Numbered from the stretch's first letter, positions 51,516-61,736 are shown. The stretch: DNA of 64,000 nucleotides from Stenotrophomonas maltophilia (GCA_002364755.1 DEZI01000018.1:7947-71946); one strand, 5' to 3'. Made by a program: numbers and translations. Notes: generated by a model from the letters alone, not told the origin.

Positions 51516-51703
51516 CGGCAAGGTTGCCCGTGCGGTACCGCCTGCGAGCGGCCCGCACCTTCACATTTGTCCCTGCACGCATTCTTCACATAGGATGAGG
51601 GGAACGCTGCGGCCATGAAGGCCGCTGCCGGATGCACGGAAGCGCCCTTGGTGGGCGCGTTCTGGACAGGTGCCACGCGCCCCTCAGCCTAGGAAGGCAA
51701 GCG

Positions 51704-52375
51704 ATGCAGGAGTTCTTCACTGTCGTTTTCGGCTACCCGACCTTGCCGTACAGCGTCCTGCTGGCGGTATCGCTGGTCTATTGGGGACTTGCCGCTTTTG
51801 GCCTGGTAGATGACGGCTTCGGCGACCTTGGCGCCGACGGTGCGCTGGACGGCGGCACCGACCTCAGTGGCCTGTCGGCCCTGCTGCAGCGCTTCGGGCT
51901 CGGCGGCGTGCCGGTCATGGTCGTGGTCACCCTGCTGGGGTTCTTCGGCTGGGCGTTGACCTATCTCATCCATCTTTTCATCCTGCTGCCGCTGCCAGAC
52001 GCGCTGCGCTGGGGCTTTGGCACGCTGGTGGCCGTGCTCGCGCCGCTGCCGGCCGTGCCGATCACCGCACTGCTGCTGCGGCCCATCCGCAGTTTCCTGC
52101 AGCGCCTGCAGCCGGTCGCGCAGGCCTCCCTGCTGGGCCGGGTGGGCGTGGTCGCCTCGCCGCGGGTGGACGCCCGCAGCGGCCATGCCAATGTCGAAGA
52201 TGGCGGCGCCGGGCTGATCCTGCAGGTGCGCAGCGACATCGAACTGCAGCGTGGCGAGCGCATCGTGCTGGTCGAGCACGTGGCCGAACAGCACTACTAC
52301 CGGGTGGTCCGCGCCGACGCGGTCGCCCTCGATTTCCAGGACAACCTGCTTCCGGGCAACAAGGAGAATCACTGA
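51704..52375 (+). CDS. YqiJ/NfeD-like membrane protein with C-terminal OB-fold (flotillin partner)
   Basis: N-terminal TM, Asp/Gly linker, GLGGVPVMV, further TMs, then LLGRVGVV..GHANVEDGGAGLILQVR. TGATG coupling to flotillin. Confidence 0.75.
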   Translation: MQEFFTVVFGYPTLPYSVLLAVSLVYWGLAAFGLVDDGFGDLGADGALDGGTDLSGLSALLQRFGLGGVPVMVVVTLLGFFGWALTYLIHLFILLPLPDALRWGFGTLVAVLAPLPAVPITALLLRPIRSFLQRLQPVAQASLLGRVGVVASPRVDARSGHANVEDGGAGLILQVRSDIELQRGERIVLVEHVAEQHYYRVVRADAVALDFQDNLLPGNKENH

Positions 52376-54393
52376 TGAGTTTCGCTGGCGCGGCCCCCTT
52401 CCTGATCGGGATCATCGTCGTCATAGGCCTGCTGCTGGGCCTGGCCGGACTGTTCAAGGCGTTCTACCGCAAGGTCGACCAGGGCGTGGCCCTGATCGTC
52501 AACGACATGAGTGCCACGCCCAAGGTGCACTTCACCGGTGCGCTGATCATCCCGGTGCTGTACCGCGCCGAGCTGATGCGCATCAGCCTGATCACCCTGC
52601 AGATCGACCGCCGCGGCAAGGAAGGCCTGATCTGCCGCGACAACATGCGCGCCGACATCGCCGTGGCCTTCTACCTGCGGGTGAACGAAACCCAGGCCGA
52701 CGTGCTGCGCGTGGCCAAGGCCATCGGTGCCGACCGTGCGTCGGACAAACATGCGGTCGATGAGCTGTTCAACGCCAAGTTCTCCGAGGCGCTGAAGACG
52801 GTCGGCAAGAAGTTCGACTTCACCGAGCTGTTCGAGAAGCGCCAGGAATTCCGCGACGAGATCATCGCAGTCATCGGCAACGATCTGAACGGCTATGTGC
52901 TCGAAGACGTGGCCATCGATTACCTGGAACAGACCCCGAAGTCGCTGCTGGACCAGTTCAACATCCTCGACGCGCAGGGCATCCGCAAGATCACCGAGCT
53001 GACCGCCGCGCAGAACGTGGTGACCAACGAGCTGGAGCAGAACGAGAAGCTCGCCATCACCAAGAAGAACGTGGAAGCGCGTGAAGCGCTGCTGGCCCTG
53101 GAACGCCAGCAGGCCGAGGCCGAGGCGCGGCAGAAGCGCGAAATCGAGACCATCCGCGCACGCGAGGAAGCCGAGACCGCCAAGGTGCAGGAAGAGCAGC
53201 GCCAGCTGTCCGAGAATGCCCGCATCGAAGCACAGCAGCTGATCGAGATCCGCGACCAGAACCGCCTGCGCGAAGTGGAAGTGGCCGAACAGAACCGCCA
53301 GCGAGCGGTGGCCATCGAAGCCGAGCGCGTCGAGCGTGCGCGCCAGCTGGAGCAGGTCACCACCGACCGCGAAGTGCAGCTGCAGGGCGTGGAGCGCGAC
53401 AAGGTGGTCGAGCAGGGCAAGATGGACGTGGCCAACATCACCCGCGAACGCATCTCCATCGACAAGACCGTGGCCCAGGAAGAAGAGCGCATCAAAGAAG
53501 TGCGCGAGGTCTCCGAGGCCGACCGCCAGAAGCAGGTGCTGATCCTGGAAGCCGAAGCCAAGGCGCAGGAATCGCTGGTGCGCGAAGTGAAGGAAGCGCA
53601 GGCCCGCGAGACCGCCTCCAAGCACCGCGCGGTGGAGCTGACCACCCTGGCCCAGGCCGAGCACGAGGCGGCCGGAAAGCAGGCCGAAGCCAAGCGCCTG
53701 CTGGCCGACGCGTTCCGTGCCGAACAGGCGGCGCCGGGCCTGGCCGAAGCGCAGGTGCGCGAAGCCTCTGCGCTGGCCATCGAAAAGGTCGGTATCGCCG
53801 AGGCCCGCGTGATCGAAGCCAAGGCCGAAGCCAACCTGAAGCAGGGCAGCAACGAGGCCCGCGTGCTGGCCGAGACCCTGCAGGCCCAGGCCCAGGGCGA
53901 GGAGAAGATGGGCCTGGCCCGTGCCACCGCCACCGAATCGCTGGGCAACGCCGAAGCCGGCGTGGTGCAGAAGAAGCTGCTGGCCGAGGCCGAAGGTCTG
54001 GTGCGCAAGTTCGAAGCCATTGCCTCGCTGAGCGACCAGGCACGCGGCCACGAAGAGTTCCGCATGATGCTGGACAACAGCCTGAAGCAGGCGCTGGCCT
54101 CCATCGAAGCGGGCAAGGAAGTCTCGCGCGAGAACGCCAACGTCATCGCCAGCGCACTGCGCAACGCCGACATCGACCTGGTCGGTGGCGACGGTGGCAT
54201 GTTCGAGAACCTGGTCAAGGCGGTGTCGCTGGGCAAGTCGATCGAAGGCTTCGCCGGCAAGAGCCCGATCGTGCAGGAGCTGATGCAGCGCTACCTGGGC
54301 GTGGCCGTGGCCGAACCGGCTCCGCGGCAGATCGCCGGGGACGCCGAGGTGGCACCGACCGTGTCGGCCGCCGTGGTCGACAGCGCCCGTTGA
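52375..54393 (+). CDS. Flotillin-like SPFH/Band-7 protein (YqiK-like)
   Basis: N-terminal TM, SPFH region (GLICRDNMRADIAVAFYLRV, GYVLEDVAIDYLEQT) and a long AEA-rich coiled coil. Confidence 0.88.
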   Translation: MSFAGAAPFLIGIIVVIGLLLGLAGLFKAFYRKVDQGVALIVNDMSATPKVHFTGALIIPVLYRAELMRISLITLQIDRRGKEGLICRDNMRADIAVAFYLRVNETQADVLRVAKAIGADRASDKHAVDELFNAKFSEALKTVGKKFDFTELFEKRQEFRDEIIAVIGNDLNGYVLEDVAIDYLEQTPKSLLDQFNILDAQGIRKITELTAAQNVVTNELEQNEKLAITKKNVEAREALLALERQQAEAEARQKREIETIRAREEAETAKVQEEQRQLSENARIEAQQLIEIRDQNRLREVEVAEQNRQRAVAIEAERVERARQLEQVTTDREVQLQGVERDKVVEQGKMDVANITRERISIDKTVAQEEERIKEVREVSEADRQKQVLILEAEAKAQESLVREVKEAQARETASKHRAVELTTLAQAEHEAAGKQAEAKRLLADAFRAEQAAPGLAEAQVREASALAIEKVGIAEARVIEAKAEANLKQGSNEARVLAETLQAQAQGEEKMGLARATATESLGNAEAGVVQKKLLAEAEGLVRKFEAIASLSDQARGHEEFRMMLDNSLKQALASIEAGKEVSRENANVIASALRNADIDLVGGDGGMFENLVKAVSLGKSIEGFAGKSPIVQELMQRYLGVAVAEPAPRQIAGDAEVAPTVSAAVVDSAR

Positions 54394-54479
54394 TGCACCG
54401 GGTGATGGCCATTGCGGCCATCGCCCGCCCGCGCCGGCCGCGACCACGGCCGGCCGTCCGTGAGCCGGAAGCCTGCTGA
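54393..54479 (+). CDS. Candidate 28-aa bridging peptide MHRVMAIAAIARPRRPRPRPAVREPEAC
   Basis: Its ATG overlaps the flotillin stop and its TGA overlaps the ATPase start, both as TGATG. Confidence 0.35.
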   Translation: MHRVMAIAAIARPRRPRPRPAVREPEAC

Positions 54480-57400
54480 TGTCTGAAACCCATCCGTCCG
54501 CCGAAACCACCGCGCCGGAGGCCGGCGGCAACACCGTCGACCAGGCCGTCGCCCAGGGCGGTGCCTACGAAGTCCTGCGCCGCCGCCTCAGCGAGCAGGG
54601 CCAACGCCTGCAGGCCCTGGCCGAGACCCTCAACCGCCAGCGGCTGTCCGAATTCGGTGACAGCCGCCTGGAGGTGATCGGCCGCTTCCGTATCCGCAGC
54701 GAAAACAACTGCGTTGGGCGGGATATCGTCCAGGTCGGGCCCGACCGCCTGCTGTTCGGCTACAACGTCTACATCGGGCTGAAGACCCACACCCGCATCG
54801 AGGATGTGTTCGGCCTGTACCGGCTTGTGCACGGCACCGATGGCTACGACGTGGCTTCGCTGGAGCTGAAGGGCAGCTTCCTCGACCAGCCCGGCTTCGT
54901 GCACGACTTCAACGAGCTGTATTCCTACTACAAGCATGCGCGCCTGCTGCAGCTGATCGTGGTCGGCGACAAGCTGCTGGCCTCGTTCCAGATCGGCGAG
55001 CGCAGCAGCGACGTGCGCGTGTTCCGCTGGGCGCTGTCGCGCGAAGGCGAGCTGACCTATCTCGATGCGCGCGGCGAACGCGATATCGCGCTGCCGCCGC
55101 CGTTCGATTTCGAATGGACCAAGGCCACCCGCGATCTCGCGGTCAACGGCCGCCATTCGCACCTGAACATCCTCGACACTCTGTTCGTGGAGACCACCGG
55201 TGGCGACCTGACCATCAAGGTCGAGAACAACACCGAGACCGGGCAGGGCATCTACAGCGAACCGGTGGAGGACAGCACGCAGTCGCTGGACGACGCCCAG
55301 TTCGAGTTCGCCCGTGTCGGCTCACTGCTGCTGCTGAAGGTGCTGCCGTATCGCGAGACCGTCTGGCGCGGGCTGATCTACAACACGCTCACCGGCGACA
55401 TCGTGCGCAACGACGCCATCGTCCAGGCCTGCGTGCAGCTGCCTGAAGACCATGGCGTCATCTTCCCCGGTGGCTATTACCTGCAGGGCGGCGAGCACAA
55501 GGCCTTCGATGCCTCGATGGCCGGCATGCAGTTCAAGCGCAGTATCCGTTCCCCCAATGGCGAGGACGTGCTGTACATCTTCTACGAGCGCGAAGGCGGA
55601 CGCTCGGCGCTGTTCGTCTACAACACCATCCAGCGCGTGCTGCAGAACCCGGTGTTCGGCCACGGCTATGCGTTCATGCAGGATGGGCGCATGGTGCTGT
55701 TCCATGCCGAGGGCACCGAACCCACGCGCATCCACCCGATGCAGGTCTGGCAGACGCCGTTCAGCAGCGACGAGTTCGCCGCCAGCCGTCCGCCCGGCAA
55801 CACCTTCATGGGCCGCATCGGCAATGCCGAGCTGGTGCGCGGCATCTCCAACCTGTTCAACCTGGCCCGCGAGATCGATGGCCAGGATGTCTCGGTGCAG
55901 CGCTACCAGCGCCTGGTGGCGGACACCCGCCGCCTGTTCGACGCCCACCACTGGCTGGGTGACGAGGCCTGCGACGGCGCCGAGGCTCTGCTGCGGCAGA
56001 TCAGCGCCACCGGCGAATCGGTGCTGGACGAATACGAGAAGGTCCAGTCCATCCGCGAGCAGTCGGCGCAGGCGATGGTCGAGGCGGAGGCCGGCTTCAA
56101 GACCCTGCTGGGCCGGCTGCAGCCGCAGAACTGGAACGAGGTGCAGGCCTTCGTCGAGGCACTGAACGAGATCACCGCGCTGCGCGGGCGCCTGCTGACC
56201 ATCCGCGAGCTGCGTTACATCGACACCGCGCGTATCGAAGCGATGTCCGCCGAACTGGTGCAGGCGCAGGACCGCGTCGGTGCCGCCACCGGCGAATTCC
56301 TCGCCGGCGATGCCGCGCTGGCGCCGCTGGGCAGCCGCCTGCAGGTGCTGGACGAAGCCGCGCAGCAGGCAGCCAGTGCGCGCCAGCTGGACGAGCAGCT
56401 GGACGGCATGCGTGGCATGGCCGGCGACCTGGACATGCTGTCCGAACTGATGGCCGGGCTGAAGGTGGACGATGCCACCGCGCGCACCCGCGTGGTCGAA
56501 TCTATTTCCGCGCTGTACGGCCGCCTGAACCAGGCGCGCACGCGCGCCGAGCAGCGGCGCCGCACCCTCGGTTCGGCCGAGGCCGTGGCCCAGTTCGCCG
56601 CGCAGTTCGCCCTGTTCTCGCAGTCCATCACCAGTGCGCTGGCAATGGCCAACGACCCGGAAAAGGCCGACGAGCAGCTGTCGCGCCTGCTGGTGCAGCT
56701 GGAAGAACTGGAAAGCCAGTTCGGCGAGCACGAGCAGTTCCTCGGCGACATCCTCAGCAAGCGCGAGGAGCTGGTCGAGGCCTTCGAGACGCACAAGCAG
56801 GCGCTGCTGGATGACCGCCAGCGCAAGGCGCGTTCGGTGCTCGACGCGGCCAACCGCATTCTCGATGGCCTGGCCAAGCGCACCGAGCGCTTCGCCACGG
56901 CCGATGAACTCAACGCGTTCTTCGCCGGCGATCCGCTGATCCTCAAGCTGCGCGAACTGGCCGAGCGGCTGCGTACGCTGCGCGACAACGTCAAGGCCGA
57001 TGACATCGAGGCGCGCCTGAAGGGCGTGCGCGACCAGGCCGTGCGCCAGCTGCGCGACCGCAGCGACCTGTACGAGGCCGGTGGCAACGTGGTCCGGCTC
57101 GGTCCGCGGCATCGTTTCAGCGTCAACACGCAGGCGCTGGACCTGACCCTGTTGCCGCGCGGCGACACGCTGGCCATCCACCTCACCGGCACCGATTTCC
57201 TGGAAACCCTGCACGATCCGGAACTGGATGCGCTGAAGCCGTTCTGGCCGGTGACCCTGGATTCGGAATCCGATGCGATCTACCGCGGCGAGTACCTGGC
57301 CGGCAGCCTGCTGCTGGCCGCGCAGGCTGGCCGCGACGGCCTGGATCTGGCCGAGCTGCAGCAGGACGTCGCCAGCCCCGAGGCGCTGGACCAGCGCGTG

Positions 57401-59869
57401 CGCACGTTCGCCGCACCGCGTTACCGTGAAGGCTACGAACGCGGCATCCACGACCATGACGCCGCGTTGATCCTGCGCGCGCTGCTGCCGCTGCAGCAGT
57501 CGGCAGGCGCGCTGCGGCACGCACCGCGCGTGCGCGCACTGGCCCTGTTGTTCTGGGCGGCGCAGCAGCGCGAGGACGCGGTGAAGCAGTGGCCCAGCCG
57601 CCAGGCGGGTGCGGAAACCATCGCCCGTCTGTTCGGCTCCGACGAAGGACGCAGCGCCCTGCGCACGGAAATGGCGACAGCCATCGCCGCGTTCGCGCAG
57701 TCCGAAGCCTTGTCGTTCGACGATGAAGCCGCCGAGGCGGCGGCCGCCTACCTGGGCGACGAACTGATCAACGGCGAGCCGGTGTTCAGCACCAGCAAGC
57801 ATGCGCAGGCGCTGCTGGATGCGCTGGCCCAGCAGCTGGAACAGGCCGGGCAGCGCGAGGCGCTGGAACGCGCCCTGCAGCGTGCACAGGAGCCGCTGGC
57901 CGCGCGCTGGGCGCTCGCCGGGCAATGGCTGCGCGCACTGGCTGGTCTGCCTGCCCAGGCCGCACACGCCGGCTATGCCGACGAGGCCGCGGCGCTGCTG
58001 CTGGTGCAGCGCCAGCTGCGCACGCGCGGCAGCGACGCGCCGCTGCGGGTCGAAGTGGCGGGCCTGCTGGGCGAACACCCGCGCATCCACGGCGGCACGC
58101 TGTCGCTGTCACTGGATGATTTCCTGGCACGCCTGCAGCACCACCTGAAGCGCTTCGTGCCCGATTTCCACGCTTACCAGGCGGTACGCCAGGGCATCAT
58201 CAACCGCGAACGGCAGACCCTGCGCCTGTCCGAATTCCAGGCGCGGCCACTGTCCTCGTTCGTGCGCAACAAGCTCATCAATGATGTCTACCTGGGCGTG
58301 ATCGGCGACAACCTGGCCAAGCAGATGGGCACGGTGGGCGAGAACAAACGCAGCGACCTGATGGGCCTGCTGATGATGATCTCGCCGCCGGGCTACGGTA
58401 AGACCACGCTGATGGAATACGTGGCGCACCGGCTCGGCCTGGTCTTCATGAAGATCAACGGCCCGGCGCTGGGCCACGAGGTGCGCTCGCTGGATCCGGA
58501 ACAGGCGCCCGACGCGACCTCGCGGCAGGAGCTGGAAAAGCTCAACCTGGCTCTGGAGATGGGCAACAACACCATGCTGTATGTCGATGACATCCAGCAC
58601 ACCCATCCCGAGTTCCTGCAGAAGTTCATCTCGCTGTGCGATGGCACCCGCCGCATCGAAGGCGTGTGGCGCGGCCGCACGCGCACCTACGACATGCGCG
58701 GCAAGAAATTCTGCGTGGTCATGGCCGGCAACCCGTACACCGAGTCCGGCGAGGTGTTCAAGATTCCGGACATGCTGGCCAACCGTGCCGACATCTACAA
58801 CCTCGGCGACGTGCTGGGCGGCATGGAGGCGGCGTTCACCCTCAGCTACATCGAGAACAGCCTGACTTCCAACCCGGTGCTGGCACCGCTGGCCACCCGT
58901 GACATGGCCGACCTGTACCTGCTGGTCGATCGCGCGATGGGCAAGGACGTATCGACCAACGGGCTCAACCACGCCTACAGCGGCGCGGAGGTCAATGAGA
59001 TCACCGCCACCCTGCAGCGCATGCTGCGCGTGCGCGACGTGGTCTACCGGGTCAACCAGCAGTACATCGCCAGCGCCGCGCAGGATGACCGCTACCGCAC
59101 CGAGCCGCCGTTCCGCCTGCAGGGCAGCTACCGCAACATGAACAAGCTGGCCGAGAAGATTTCGCCGGTGATGAACGAGGACGAGCTGCAGCAGCTGATC
59201 TCCGACCACTACCTGGGCGAGGCGCAGCTGCTGACCACCGGTGCCGAGGAGAACCTGCTGAAACTGGGCGAGCTGCGTGGCGTGCTGGATGAGGCGCAGG
59301 CGCAGCGCTGGGCGCAGATCAAGCGTGATTTCCTGCGCAACAAGGCCATGGGCGCCGACGACAGTGATGTCGGCGGACGCGTGGTCGCGCAGCTGGCCGA
59401 CATCGCCAGTGCCCTGCAGCTGCCGCCGGCTGCGCCGGTACTGGCCGCGGAGCCGGCGCCGTGGCCGGCACTGCTGGAGGCGCTGCAGCGTCTGGCCGAC
59501 GTGCGCCCGGCAGAGCCTGCACCTACGACGCCAACGAAGCCGGTGCAGATCGCTGCGCCCAGCGCATCGGCCACGCCGCTGGCGGACGACCTGCAGGCCG
59601 GGCTGGCGCCGCTGGTGCAGCTCCTTGTCGCGTCGCAGGCACGGCAGGAGCAGGTGTCGCAGACCCTGGCCGCATTCGCCGGGTGGGCCCGGCAGCAGGT
59701 CGAGGGCGCGGGCGGCAGCAACGCCGCGGAGGTCCGCCGTCCGCGCGTGCGCCGCGCCAGCACGCCGGAGGAACGCGCACTGGATGAGGCGCTGATGCGC
59801 CACTTCTACGGCGAGTCGTTGCCCGCCGATGCCGCTGACGGCACACCGATGCCGCCGCCGCTGCCGTGA
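54479..59869 (+). CDS. Giant AAA+ ATPase ('DNA repair ATPase'/DUF3686-type)
   Basis: Walker A SPPGYGKTT (58382-58408), Walker B MLYVDDIQH, sensor-1 MAGNP and LANR. Beta-rich N-terminus and long helical middle region. Confidence 0.85.
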   Translation: MSETHPSAETTAPEAGGNTVDQAVAQGGAYEVLRRRLSEQGQRLQALAETLNRQRLSEFGDSRLEVIGRFRIRSENNCVGRDIVQVGPDRLLFGYNVYIGLKTHTRIEDVFGLYRLVHGTDGYDVASLELKGSFLDQPGFVHDFNELYSYYKHARLLQLIVVGDKLLASFQIGERSSDVRVFRWALSREGELTYLDARGERDIALPPPFDFEWTKATRDLAVNGRHSHLNILDTLFVETTGGDLTIKVENNTETGQGIYSEPVEDSTQSLDDAQFEFARVGSLLLLKVLPYRETVWRGLIYNTLTGDIVRNDAIVQACVQLPEDHGVIFPGGYYLQGGEHKAFDASMAGMQFKRSIRSPNGEDVLYIFYEREGGRSALFVYNTIQRVLQNPVFGHGYAFMQDGRMVLFHAEGTEPTRIHPMQVWQTPFSSDEFAASRPPGNTFMGRIGNAELVRGISNLFNLAREIDGQDVSVQRYQRLVADTRRLFDAHHWLGDEACDGAEALLRQISATGESVLDEYEKVQSIREQSAQAMVEAEAGFKTLLGRLQPQNWNEVQAFVEALNEITALRGRLLTIRELRYIDTARIEAMSAELVQAQDRVGAATGEFLAGDAALAPLGSRLQVLDEAAQQAASARQLDEQLDGMRGMAGDLDMLSELMAGLKVDDATARTRVVESISALYGRLNQARTRAEQRRRTLGSAEAVAQFAAQFALFSQSITSALAMANDPEKADEQLSRLLVQLEELESQFGEHEQFLGDILSKREELVEAFETHKQALLDDRQRKARSVLDAANRILDGLAKRTERFATADELNAFFAGDPLILKLRELAERLRTLRDNVKADDIEARLKGVRDQAVRQLRDRSDLYEAGGNVVRLGPRHRFSVNTQALDLTLLPRGDTLAIHLTGTDFLETLHDPELDALKPFWPVTLDSESDAIYRGEYLAGSLLLAAQAGRDGLDLAELQQDVASPEALDQRVRTFAAPRYREGYERGIHDHDAALILRALLPLQQSAGALRHAPRVRALALLFWAAQQREDAVKQWPSRQAGAETIARLFGSDEGRSALRTEMATAIAAFAQSEALSFDDEAAEAAAAYLGDELINGEPVFSTSKHAQALLDALAQQLEQAGQREALERALQRAQEPLAARWALAGQWLRALAGLPAQAAHAGYADEAAALLLVQRQLRTRGSDAPLRVEVAGLLGEHPRIHGGTLSLSLDDFLARLQHHLKRFVPDFHAYQAVRQGIINRERQTLRLSEFQARPLSSFVRNKLINDVYLGVIGDNLAKQMGTVGENKRSDLMGLLMMISPPGYGKTTLMEYVAHRLGLVFMKINGPALGHEVRSLDPEQAPDATSRQELEKLNLALEMGNNTMLYVDDIQHTHPEFLQKFISLCDGTRRIEGVWRGRTRTYDMRGKKFCVVMAGNPYTESGEVFKIPDMLANRADIYNLGDVLGGMEAAFTLSYIENSLTSNPVLAPLATRDMADLYLLVDRAMGKDVSTNGLNHAYSGAEVNEITATLQRMLRVRDVVYRVNQQYIASAAQDDRYRTEPPFRLQGSYRNMNKLAEKISPVMNEDELQQLISDHYLGEAQLLTTGAEENLLKLGELRGVLDEAQAQRWAQIKRDFLRNKAMGADDSDVGGRVVAQLADIASALQLPPAAPVLAAEPAPWPALLEALQRLADVRPAEPAPTTPTKPVQIAAPSASATPLADDLQAGLAPLVQLLVASQARQEQVSQTLAAFAGWARQQVEGAGGSNAAEVRRPRVRRASTPEERALDEALMRHFYGESLPADAADGTPMPPPLP

Positions 59870-60573
59870 TCGACGCTGCGCCCCTGCCAACGCCGCAGCG
59901 GCCGGACACGGCCGATGTCGCGCGCGTGGGCGAGTACGGCGCGCCGTTGCTGCAGGCGCTGGCCGCACGCGAAGCCGCGCTGCCGGCGACGGCCGGCGAC
60001 GGCCTGGTGGCGGCGCTGGCACGCATCGCGCTGGCCCTGCAGTCGGCCGACCCGGCGCGCCTGCGTCGGCAGGAAAGCTGGTGGGGGCGACTGCTCGGCC
60101 GCGATGTCGAGCGCGAAGCCGAGGGCCGCGGGCTGCAGTCGCAGCTCGGCGTCCTTGCCCTGCAGGCACGCGAACAGGCCCAGCAGCTGCAGCAGCACAT
60201 GGATCTGCGGGCCACGGCGATCAGCGCCGCAGGCCAGGCCGCCGAAGCACTGGAGGCCTGGGCGGATGCCGGCGCCGCGTGGCGCCCGACGCTGGACGGC
60301 GCAGGCCAGGCCGCGCTGGCGCCGCGCATCGACCACCTGCAGCGGCTGGCGGCACTGCGCCGCATCGAAGCCGGCCAATGGCAGCTGCTGCAGGAGCAGG
60401 ACGTGGTGCTGCTGCAGCGCTTCGCCCGCATCCATGATGTCCTGCTGCCGGCATGGCGGCAGGCCGCACTGGCCGCGCAGGCCGCCACCGGCGCGTTACG
60501 CGCCGGGCAGGCGGCCACGCTGCACGCACAGATCGATGACGAGGTCGCGGCGGCTCAGGCTAGACTGCGCTGA
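59866..60573 (+). CDS. Helical protein, probable divergent TelA/KlaA-like paralogue
   Basis: GTGA coupling to the ATPase. Segments LQSADPARLRRQESWWGRLLG, RIDHLQ and IHDVLLPAWRQ parallel TelA segments. Confidence 0.55.
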   Translation: MIDAAPLPTPQRPDTADVARVGEYGAPLLQALAAREAALPATAGDGLVAALARIALALQSADPARLRRQESWWGRLLGRDVEREAEGRGLQSQLGVLALQAREQAQQLQQHMDLRATAISAAGQAAEALEAWADAGAAWRPTLDGAGQAALAPRIDHLQRLAALRRIEAGQWQLLQEQDVVLLQRFARIHDVLLPAWRQAALAAQAATGALRAGQAATLHAQIDDEVAAAQARLR

Positions 60574-60617
60574 GTCGGCCGCCGCTGCCGCCAACCCACC
60601 TGCAAGGAGACTGCCCG

Positions 60618-61736
60618 ATGACCCAGGACAGCCAGCACCCCGGCACCCTCGTGCCCACCCCGGCCACCCCGGCCACCCCTTCCACACTGGACGAGGGCGC
60701 GCTGCAGTCCCTGGGCCTGGTCCGCGAGGATCTTCCCCGCATCGCCGAGATCCGCAAGGAACTGGACGACCTGCGGCCCGGCAACCTGCAGGTGTTCGGC
60801 CGCGAAGCCGCGTCGCGCACCGCCGCGTTTTCCAGCCAGCTGCTGGACCAGGTGCGCAACCGTGACCTCGATGCCAGCGGCGACAAGCTCGGCGAGGTGG
60901 TGCGCATCGCGCGCAGCCTGAAACTCGATGGCTTCGCCCAGCGTTCCAAGGTGCCGGTCATCGGCGGCCTGATCGATCGCCTGCGCGTGTCCAAGGGCGA
61001 GCTGGTGCAGAAATTCAGCGATACCAATGCGCAGATCGAGCAGCTGCTGGGCGACGTCGGCGTGCAGCAGGCGCTGATGGGCAAGCGCGTGGGCGAGTTC
61101 GACCGCATGCACGAGATCGTGCGCGAAGAGCGCCACGCGCTGGGCCTGTATGCCGCCGCCGGCAAGCAGCGCCTGGCTGAACTGCAGGCCGAGCAGCTGG
61201 CGGGGCAGGGCAGTGATGACCCGCAGCAGCGCATCCGCCAGAGCGAGGTCGACAATGCGATCCGCCTGATCGAAAAGCGCGTGTCCGACCTGCAGTTGAT
61301 GCAGCATGCCGCCGACCAGTCGCTGCCGATGATCCGCCTGATCCAGGCCAATGCGCTGCAGCTGATCGAGAAGTTCAACACGGTGCGCGAGATCACCATC
61401 CCGTCGTGGAAGCGCCAGTTCGCCATCCAGCTGTCGCTGGGCGAGCAGAAGGCAGCGGTGGAGCTGTCCACCGCCATCGACGATGCCACCAATGAGATGA
61501 TGCGCCGCAATGCCGATCTGCTGCGCCAGGCCTCGGTGGATACCGCGCGCAGCAACCAGCGAGGCGTGATCGACGTCGCCACGCTGCGCCACGTGCACGA
61601 CCAGCTGATCGCCACAGTCGAGGAAGTGCGCGGCATCCATCGCGAGGGCATGCAGCAGCGGCAGCAGGCCGAAGTCGAACTGTCGCGCCTGCGCGAGGAC
61701 CTGCAGCAACGCCTGGCCGCACCCACCGCGCCCTGA
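60618..61736 (+). CDS. Toxic anion resistance protein (TelA/KlaB family)
   Basis: FSSQLLDQVRNRD, IEKRVSDL, QSLPMIRLIQ, TIPSWKRQ, DATNEMMRRNADLL and RGVIDVATL; AAGGAG RBS. Confidence 0.88.
   Translation: MTQDSQHPGTLVPTPATPATPSTLDEGALQSLGLVREDLPRIAEIRKELDDLRPGNLQVFGREAASRTAAFSSQLLDQVRNRDLDASGDKLGEVVRIARSLKLDGFAQRSKVPVIGGLIDRLRVSKGELVQKFSDTNAQIEQLLGDVGVQQALMGKRVGEFDRMHEIVREERHALGLYAAAGKQRLAELQAEQLAGQGSDDPQQRIRQSEVDNAIRLIEKRVSDLQLMQHAADQSLPMIRLIQANALQLIEKFNTVREITIPSWKRQFAIQLSLGEQKAAVELSTAIDDATNEMMRRNADLLRQASVDTARSNQRGVIDVATLRHVHDQLIATVEEVRGIHREGMQQRQQAEVELSRLREDLQQRLAAPTAP

Noticed and set aside
60653..60680. 9-bp repeat (PTPATPATP) at the telA N-terminus
   Set aside because: It is a short low-complexity linker with no sign of a separate function.
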